A stretch of DNA of 41,357 nucleotides, taken from NCBI GenBank assembly GCA_947624605.1, contig CANQLA010000001.1, positions 1 to 41,357 of the forward strand. The letters are read 5' to 3'. The DNA is from Candidatus Gastranaerophilales bacterium (GTDB lineage: Bacteria > Cyanobacteriota > Vampirovibrionia > Gastranaerophilales > Gastranaerophilaceae). The notes beneath the pieces are model-generated. The model ran no database searches and was not told where the DNA came from. It saw only the letters and a list, made by a program, of their open reading frames with translations. Both the position numbers and the translations under genes were made by a program. Below are positions 35,246-41,357 of this stretch, in pieces (within the stretch, counting starts at the first letter, position 1; every line of letters begins with the position of its first letter).

Positions 35246-36454
35246 TTATTTAGAGGATAAGTTTTGTAATCTATTAATAAATTTATCGGTTAAAACCTGA
35301 TGAACGGAATATTTACCGGAGAAAATTTTATTTGTTTGAATGATTAATTCATCAGTAATTTTTGCATAATTAGGATTTACGGGAGTTGGTTTTGAATTAT
35401 TTAAGGCATCAATGAAGGCTTTAGAATTTTTAGGTTTTAAGTTAGGGGCGAGGAAAACAGTACTATTAGCAATTTTTTTTCTGGCAGGAGTTATGAGTCC
35501 GGTTTGAGTAAAAATTTCGGAAGTTTTTTCGGATGAAAGGTAGAGTACAAAATCGATAGCGGTATTTTTATTTTTTGATGATTTTGAAACAGCCCAACCG
35601 GAAGCATCAGAGATAGATTGAGAAGTGGCGGAGCGGGGGAAAGGTATAATATCCCAGTCGAAAGTAATCAATTCTCTGAATTTTGGAACTATCCATCTTC
35701 CGGACAAATACATTGCTAATTTACCGTTTATGAACATTTGAGCGGATGTCACGGAAGACATTTGCCATTGATGAGGAATGGAAGCGTCTTTATTTATCAT
35801 ATCGGAATAAAAAGACAGTCCTTTAATACTGTTTTGAGAATTTAAGATTATATTTTTCCCGTCATTGGACAAAATTCCTCCGTTAAAGTATTCTAAAAAG
35901 CAGAGCCAAAATAGAGGATCTTGTTCAAAGTTAAATCCGAAAACACCGTTTTTAGAATAATATTTTGCATATTTTTTTAAATCCTCAAGAGTTTTAATTT
36001 TTTCAGGATTTTTAATTATATTTTTATTTACGAAAATAACCAAATTTGAGACATCTCTGGGAATTGCATATAATTTTCCTTGATATTTAAAACAATCGAC
36101 AGAACTTTTAAAAAAGTCATTTTCGTTGATTAATCCGCTTAAATCTTCAAACAGATTTGCTTGGATATACATAGGAGCATAGGTATTATTAACGAAAACG
36201 ACGTCAGGTTGAATTTTAGAGGCGAATAGGAGATGTAATTTTCTGAAATAATTTTCAGGAATATGAATAAAATCTATTTTAACATTCGGATTTTTCTTTT
36301 CATAATCGGAGATAATTTGTTTAAGAAGTTTATATTCGGTTTTTGAGCCCCAAGAAGAGAATTTTATAACAATTTTTTTATCTTGTATTTTTGAGCAACC
36401 GTTAAGTGTGCAGGATAAAAAAAATAATAAAAATATAATCAAAAATTTTTTCAT
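35246..36454 (-). CDS. ABC-transporter extracellular solute-binding lipoprotein (family 1, sugar-type)
   Basis: Lipobox LNGC. The 402-aa ORF contains IKFSSWGS...YEKKNPNVKIDFIHIP, typical of SBP_bac_1. No permease or ATPase gene is adjacent. Confidence 0.8.
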   Translation of the reverse strand: MKKFLIIFLLFFLSCTLNGCSKIQDKKIVIKFSSWGSKTEYKLLKQIISDYEKKNPNVKIDFIHIPENYFRKLHLLFASKIQPDVVFVNNTYAPMYIQANLFEDLSGLINENDFFKSSVDCFKYQGKLYAIPRDVSNLVIFVNKNIIKNPEKIKTLEDLKKYAKYYSKNGVFGFNFEQDPLFWLCFLEYFNGGILSNDGKNIILNSQNSIKGLSFYSDMINKDASIPHQWQMSSVTSAQMFINGKLAMYLSGRWIVPKFRELITFDWDIIPFPRSATSQSISDASGWAVSKSSKNKNTAIDFVLYLSSEKTSEIFTQTGLITPARKKIANSTVFLAPNLKPKNSKAFIDALNNSKPTPVNPNYAKITDELIIQTNKIFSGKYSVHQVLTDKFINRLQNLSSK

Positions 36455-37614
36455 TATTTATATTCTCCGATTAAAGAAATTTCATTCAAAGAAACTTTAA
36501 TTAAAGCTTTATACTTATTCAAGATAACGGAATAAGTTGAATAAGAGCGGGTTTTAGTACACAAATCCATAAATAAAGGTTCATCATTTAATTCATTAAG
36601 AAGGAAAGTTTTAATTAAAAAAGTTTTGGAATTGAGGTTTCCGAATAAAAATGACTTATCAGCATATTTAACCAGATTAAAGCCGTGTTTATCATCAATT
36701 GCGAAGCAGTCTATTATTTCAATATTTATGGAGGGATTGAAATCAGGAATAATATTTTTTATGGAATTTTTGAAATTTTCAATAAGAATATCATAGATAT
36801 CGGGATTTATATTAATATCAGGTTTATTTTTATTTTCGGAAATTGGAGATAGGCTGTTAAAGAATAAATTTTTTTGTTTTAAAATAATATCGTCAGCTTC
36901 TTGAACATCAACTTGATGATGAAGATTTTGAGCAGAAGGGAAAGTATTATTTTTATAAGTATTAAAATTATAGTAAGGAGATTTATTTTTAGAGCCGGTT
37001 GACTCAAAGTAGCATTCCAATCCCGGGAGTTCGGGAACACCCGGCATTAAAATCAGGTCATCTTTGTGGACAATAATTTTGACAAGCTCATCGACGATAT
37101 TATCGGTGTTATCCTGCAAAACGAGATTATCAGAGTTATTTTGTATTAAATCAGAGTTTTTGTGTTGAGATAAAAATTTATCCGAAGAATTTGGTAAAAT
37201 ATTATTATTATTGATATATTGGGATGATAAATTTTCGGAAAAGATGGCAGGATTTGCAAAAGGGTTTGTATTTTTTATATTTTCGTCAGATTTAAGAAGA
37301 TACTTTTTTCTATAAATAGAATTAAAGATAAAAATAATATATAAAGACAAGCAAAACAGGAGAAAGAGAGATAGGAAAAAGAAGTATTTATTACTCAATA
37401 AAGCAGATTTTAATTTTTTCAAGAGAAGCCAACAGTAATGAAAAGTAAGAGTTTTAGATTTTTTATCAGAGGAGAGAGAGGAAATATCAATAATAGGAAT
37501 TTTATTGTCATCAACGAGGCAGCTGAGGGAAATTTGTTGAAATGAGGGAATTTTTAAGGGAAGCAAGATAAAAGCGGAACAAAGAAATGTAATAAAAAAC
37601 TTTAGATATAGCAT
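36454..37614 (-). CDS. hypothetical membrane protein with Asn-rich linker
   Basis: The 386-aa ORF has two TM helices, an N/S/D-rich low-complexity centre and an ordered C-terminal ~100 aa. Its stop overlaps the SBP start codon by 1 nt (TAATG-type junction at 36454). Confidence 0.55.
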   Translation of the reverse strand: MLYLKFFITFLCSAFILLPLKIPSFQQISLSCLVDDNKIPIIDISSLSSDKKSKTLTFHYCWLLLKKLKSALLSNKYFFFLSLFLLFCLSLYIIFIFNSIYRKKYLLKSDENIKNTNPFANPAIFSENLSSQYINNNNILPNSSDKFLSQHKNSDLIQNNSDNLVLQDNTDNIVDELVKIIVHKDDLILMPGVPELPGLECYFESTGSKNKSPYYNFNTYKNNTFPSAQNLHHQVDVQEADDIILKQKNLFFNSLSPISENKNKPDININPDIYDILIENFKNSIKNIIPDFNPSINIEIIDCFAIDDKHGFNLVKYADKSFLFGNLNSKTFLIKTFLLNELNDEPLFMDLCTKTRSYSTYSVILNKYKALIKVSLNEISLIGEYK

Positions 37615-37760
37615 ATAAAGATTTTACTAATATTTGTAATTAAATGCAACTTCATATTAACAAATAAAAACAATAAACATTAAGAATTTAAAAGGGATTA
37701 TTGCTAAAGGGAGTCAAGTATGATAAACTTTAGAAAAGGCAAGAAATGGAGGTTGTTGTA

Positions 37761-38069
37761 ATGTCTAGAGAAGACAACGCATTAATGTTTGGAATAGGTA
37801 TATTAGCAGGAGTGACAGCTGGATTTATAGTAAGTTTATTATATGCCCCGGCATCTGGAGAAGAAACCAGAAAGAAATTGGAAGCAGGAGTGACAAATTT
37901 TGCAAAGGAACGTTGTCCATCATTAGAGGATACGAAGAGGCAGGCACTTGCCACGGTAGATGTTATCCAGTTTAAGATTGAAAAAGCCGTAAGAAGGATA
38001 AATGATGCAATAAAGGCGAAACAGCTTGCCAAAGCGAAAGAAAAAGAGCATACGGTATACGGAATATAG
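37761..38069 (+). CDS. YtxH-domain protein
   Basis: GILAGVTAGFIVSLLYAPASGEETRKKL is the YtxH signature. A GGAGG RBS at 37748-37752 favours the ATG at 37761. Confidence 0.75.
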   Translation: MSREDNALMFGIGILAGVTAGFIVSLLYAPASGEETRKKLEAGVTNFAKERCPSLEDTKRQALATVDVIQFKIEKAVRRINDAIKAKQLAKAKEKEHTVYGI

Positions 38070-38082
38070 AAAAGGACAAAAA

Positions 38083-38442
38083 ATGAGTCAGACATTAGAG
38101 ATATATCTGTGTATATTTATAACGGTAACGGTTGTTTTGTTAATAATAGTATCTGTATTTTTAATCAAGTTGTTAATAGATATTACTAAATTGGCAAATA
38201 ATTTGAATGATATAGCGACAGTAATAAAAAGTGATATAGAACCAACGGTTAAAGAAATGAAAACAGCATTACAAAGTATAAATTCGCTTATTCAAGTTAC
38301 GGATAAGAATATGACCAATTTTAGGAGTATAACCACAAAGATATTAGGAGCGGGATCGGCGGCTATTTCCGGGATAAGGGGTCTAACCGGCAGTTTTTGG
38401 AAAGGTTTGTCAACCGGAATAAATATTTTTGGGAAACGATAG
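38083..38442 (+). CDS. DUF948-like membrane-anchored protein
   Basis: An N-terminal TM helix is followed by a helical LIDITKLANNLNDIATVIKSDIEPTVKEMKTAL segment. I trimmed the track ORF 38026 to the ATG at 38083. Confidence 0.65.
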   Translation: MSQTLEIYLCIFITVTVVLLIIVSVFLIKLLIDITKLANNLNDIATVIKSDIEPTVKEMKTALQSINSLIQVTDKNMTNFRSITTKILGAGSAAISGIRGLTGSFWKGLSTGINIFGKR

Positions 38443-38495
38443 TTAAAAATATAAGTACATAAAAAGTAGGAAAGTCAAAATAAAAGGAGTAAATT

Positions 38496-38759
38496 ATGTC
38501 AGTAGCAAAATTTTTAGCAGGATTTGCGGTAGGAACCGTAGTTGGTGCAATAGCAGGTCTTTTATTTGCACCGCAATCAGGAGAAGAAACTCGGGAAATG
38601 ATTGCAGAAACATCAAAGGATTTGTATGATAAAGCACAAGATTCGGTAAATGAACTTCAGGACAAAGCAAGTGAAGTAATGGCAAATTTGCAGGAAAAAG
38701 GAGATGAACTTGTTGAAAAGATACAAAATCTTGTGAAGAAGACGGAAAATTCAAATTAA
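38496..38759 (+). CDS. YtxH-domain protein
   Basis: GFAVGTVVGAIAGLLFAPQSGEETREMI. An AAGGAG RBS lies upstream. Confidence 0.8.
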   Translation: MSVAKFLAGFAVGTVVGAIAGLLFAPQSGEETREMIAETSKDLYDKAQDSVNELQDKASEVMANLQEKGDELVEKIQNLVKKTENSN

Positions 38760-38791
38760 ATTACAAAATCTAAAATGAAGCACAAGGCACT

Positions 38792-38827
38792 AAAAGGCAC
38801 TCGATTTCAATAAATCGAGTGCCTTTT
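38792..38827 (+). terminator. strong rho-independent terminator
   Basis: aaaaggcactcgattt (38792-38807) pairs with aaatcgagtgcctttt (38812-38827) as a 16-bp perfect stem with a 4-nt loop. The stem ends in a T-run. Confidence 0.85.
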
Positions 38828-38930
38828 ATATTTTTATACAGGAATTTATTAAAATAAATGTAGAGTATTGTAAAAAAATATCCCCCCGGAAGTTATTTAT
38901 ATTAAACTTAAGTAAGTAGGAAGAGCGAAA

Positions 38931-40577
38931 ATGTTAAAAAATTTTTTACTAAGTATATTGCTATTGTTTTTAATCACTGCAAATGCGGCATATTCTTATG
39001 ATTCCGAAACGCCAATAAGGGTAGGTATAAGTGATAGTACTTTTCAAAATTATATATATAGTGAAAAAGACTTTTATACAGAAGGAGTTTTAGAAATAAC
39101 AGATATAAGTACCGGTGAAGAGATAAAAGCAGCAGATGGAAATATAAGAATAAGTATAGAAAACGGATATTTTCAGATATATCATGAAGGACAATTAAAG
39201 AAGAGTTATATTACAGGTCCTATAGTAATAAAATCATTGGATGGGAACGGATTAATAGGGATAAAGAACCATACCAGAGCCGGGAAGCCTGCTTTATACA
39301 GAGGGATAATAGAGTTAAAGCAAACGATAAAGAAATCCAACGGATTTGTAATAGTTAATGTAATTGATTTAAAAAATTATTTAAAGGGAGTAGTTCCGAA
39401 TGAGATGCCTGTATCATTCGGTTTAGAGGCATTAAAAGCCCAATGTATAGCGGCAAGAAATTATGCATTAAGACCAAGGGATAAATATTATGATGAATTT
39501 GACATTTGTGATTCAGTTGCTTGTCAAGTATATTTTGGGGCTAAGACAGAAAAAGAACTTTCAGACAGAGCCGTTGAGGAAACAGACGGGCTTGTAGCAT
39601 TATATGGCGGAGAATTGATATTGGCGGTATACAGTTCAACAGCCGGTGGTTATACGGAAAGTTACTCAAATGCATTTTCGGATCCTTGTTCCAAGGAGTT
39701 TCCCGGTGAAGACATTCCTTATTTACAAGCAAAGCCGGACATATCGGGCATGAAGAGTTTAGAGAAAGAAGAAGATGCAAGAGAATTTTATACATCTAAA
39801 CCGGAGACATTTGATAATAATTCATCATATTTTCGGTGGACGAGGAGCTGGGGTATTGATGAATTTATACAAATGTTAAATACGACATTAAAAGAGCAAG
39901 CAGCGTATGTAAGTCCCGGATTTTCAGATTCGGATAATTTTGAGAAAATAAGAGAAATCAGAATTAAACAGCGTGGTTATTCCGGAAAAGTTATGTTTAT
40001 AGAGATAATTACGGAAAAGGGGACATATACAATAGGCAAGGAGCTTACATTACGCAGATTATTCAAAAAAAACGGAAAGGCATTACCGAGTGCAAATTTT
40101 GTTTGTGATTTAGTACGGGATGAAAACACGAAAGAGATTGCAGTAAAATTTTCCGGAGGAGGATTTGGTCACGGAGTAGGCATGAGCCAATACGGAGCCG
40201 GAAAGATGGGAAAGACAGGCAGTGATTTTATTGAGATATTGCAGCATTATTATACCGGAATATCCATTGGAACAGTACCTTTTACGATTACTTCCGAAAG
40301 AGGGAAAAATGTTGTCAGTCAAAGTTTTTATGCTCCCTATGGAAAAGCTGAGATAAAAATAAATGAAATAAGGGGACTTTCTGAATTTACAATTATTATA
40401 AACGAAAAAGAAATAGACTGTGAATTAAATATAATGCATAAAAAGAACAAGATAGATATTTCAAAATATATATCAAAAGGAATGAATACTGTAGAGATAA
40501 TTATACCGTCTGATTATTCGGGAAGTAAAATGTTAAATGCTTACATTGAAGTGAAGGGTAGTAACAATGAATACTAA
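38931..40577 (+). CDS. SpoIID/LytB-domain protein (peptidoglycan remodelling)
   Basis: Signal peptide, then VVPNEMPVSFGLEALKAQCIAARNYAL, CDSVACQVYFG, VYSSTAGGYTES and GHGVGMSQYGA. There is an extra C-terminal ~110-aa domain. Confidence 0.88.
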   Translation: MLKNFLLSILLLFLITANAAYSYDSETPIRVGISDSTFQNYIYSEKDFYTEGVLEITDISTGEEIKAADGNIRISIENGYFQIYHEGQLKKSYITGPIVIKSLDGNGLIGIKNHTRAGKPALYRGIIELKQTIKKSNGFVIVNVIDLKNYLKGVVPNEMPVSFGLEALKAQCIAARNYALRPRDKYYDEFDICDSVACQVYFGAKTEKELSDRAVEETDGLVALYGGELILAVYSSTAGGYTESYSNAFSDPCSKEFPGEDIPYLQAKPDISGMKSLEKEEDAREFYTSKPETFDNNSSYFRWTRSWGIDEFIQMLNTTLKEQAAYVSPGFSDSDNFEKIREIRIKQRGYSGKVMFIEIITEKGTYTIGKELTLRRLFKKNGKALPSANFVCDLVRDENTKEIAVKFSGGGFGHGVGMSQYGAGKMGKTGSDFIEILQHYYTGISIGTVPFTITSERGKNVVSQSFYAPYGKAEIKINEIRGLSEFTIIINEKEIDCELNIMHKKNKIDISKYISKGMNTVEIIIPSDYSGSKMLNAYIEVKGSNNEY

Positions 40578-41357
40578 TTCTTCGATATTCAATGCGGCAA
40601 AACTCATAGCATTAATAACAATATTTTCGAAATTTGTTGGTTTTGTTAGGGATATAGTTATAACAAAATACTATGGAGCAGGAATAGTTTCAGATGCATA
40701 TTTTTATGCATATCAACTGCCTGCACTTGCTATAGTGATATTAGGAGGAGTAGGAGGACCTTTTCATAGTGCAATTGTTTCTGTTTTTGCGAAGATAATT
40801 CCGGAAGGAGCGAATAAAGCGGATGAAACAGCGGATAGATTGTACAATTCTTTTTTCACGGCAACATTTATATTGTTTTTATTATTAGGAATTTTAATAT
40901 TTATTTATTCTGAACCGATAATGAGAGTGGTGATAAACGGTGGATCAGAAGAACTTGTAAAGATGGCATCGACGCATTTGAAGATTATGTCACCGGTATT
41001 TGTAATAGGTGGAGTAATAGGTATATATTACGGAATATTGGTAACATTTAAAGAATTTTTAATGCCGAACTTAGCTCCTGTAGCAATGAGTTCAGTAATA
41101 ATAGCAGGGATAATAATTACGTCGGATGATGCAAACGGATATGTACTTGCGTGGGCAACTACAATAGGAGCAGTTTTGCAGTTAAGTTTACAGTACCCAA
41201 GTATAAGGAAGCTGGGTTTTAAAATAAAACCGAATTTTAATTTTTTAAATAATCCAAAATTCAATCAGATATTGGAATTATTATTTCCTGCCGTATTAAG
41301 TTCAACAGTAGGTCAAATATATGTATATGTGGATATGTTTTTTGCTTCACAGTTAAA
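40567..41357 (+). CDS. murJ: lipid II flippase MurJ, N-terminal part (runs off the right edge)
   Basis: My translation from the ATG at 40567 reads MNTNSSIFNAAKLIALITIFSKFVGFVRDIVITKYYGAGIVSDAYFYAYQLP.... The frame is open to the window end and overlaps the SpoIID stop by 11 nt. Confidence 0.85.
   Translation, partial: MNTNSSIFNAAKLIALITIFSKFVGFVRDIVITKYYGAGIVSDAYFYAYQLPALAIVILGGVGGPFHSAIVSVFAKIIPEGANKADETADRLYNSFFTATFILFLLLGILIFIYSEPIMRVVINGGSEELVKMASTHLKIMSPVFVIGGVIGIYYGILVTFKEFLMPNLAPVAMSSVIIAGIIITSDDANGYVLAWATTIGAVLQLSLQYPSIRKLGFKIKPNFNFLNNPKFNQILELLFPAVLSSTVGQIYVYVDMFFASQL

Noticed and set aside
787-41264. Many 60-220-aa ORFs in the track lie antisense to, or out of frame with, the long genes. 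Examples are 787-1218, 1581-2246, 8206-8490, 9304-9841, 10126-10657, 11196-12235, 12653-13691, 15081-15407, 15738-16119, 25763-26160, 28007-28841, 29227-31027, 31481-32021, 37730-38095, 38494-38754, 39541-40322 and 41028-41264.
   Set aside because: Each is fully embedded in a longer ORF with clear family motifs. Their translations are low-complexity Leu/Phe/Ser/Ile-rich strings typical of shadow frames in AT-rich DNA, and none has a convincing RBS.

Overview
This is an AT-rich chromosomal segment from a diderm bacterium. The evidence for an outer membrane is a TolC/MFP/RND efflux operon plus MurJ, LCP and SpoIID-type envelope genes. I cannot assign a lineage from sequence alone. I call about 45 protein-coding genes and found no rRNA, tRNA, CRISPR array, transposase or integrase. 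From 1 to 14 kb the genes are mostly on the minus strand: gap, mazG, hisG, a nitroreductase, an LCP protein, a YnbB-type PLP enzyme, an M48 peptidase and a czcCBA-ordered heavy-metal efflux operon. From 20.6 to 41 kb the genes are mostly on the plus strand: a YebC regulator, a TPR protein, a glutaredoxin plus a degenerate Hcp-like protein, murC-murB-ddl-ftsQ, nadE, a secreted ankyrin protein, an OPA-type MFS transporter with a MerR regulator, an acyltransferase, an orphan solute-binding protein, a YtxH/DUF948/YtxH triad, a SpoIID-domain protein and murJ. The central 14.0-20.6 kb is the unusual part. Two paralogous proteins without signal peptides share conserved helical N- and C-termini but have an unalignable core, which is a flagellin-like build without flagellin sequence signatures. 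They bracket a Gly/Ala-rich glycine-zipper protein. The second paralogue sits behind a near-consensus sigma-28 (FliA-type) promoter. A 21-nt motif from this locus recurs (20/21 identical) upstream of a nearby gene encoding a C-terminal HNH nuclease domain. I consider this locus the best candidate for an undescribed filament or export-substrate system. All functional calls rest on motif recognition by eye, and no database search was run.
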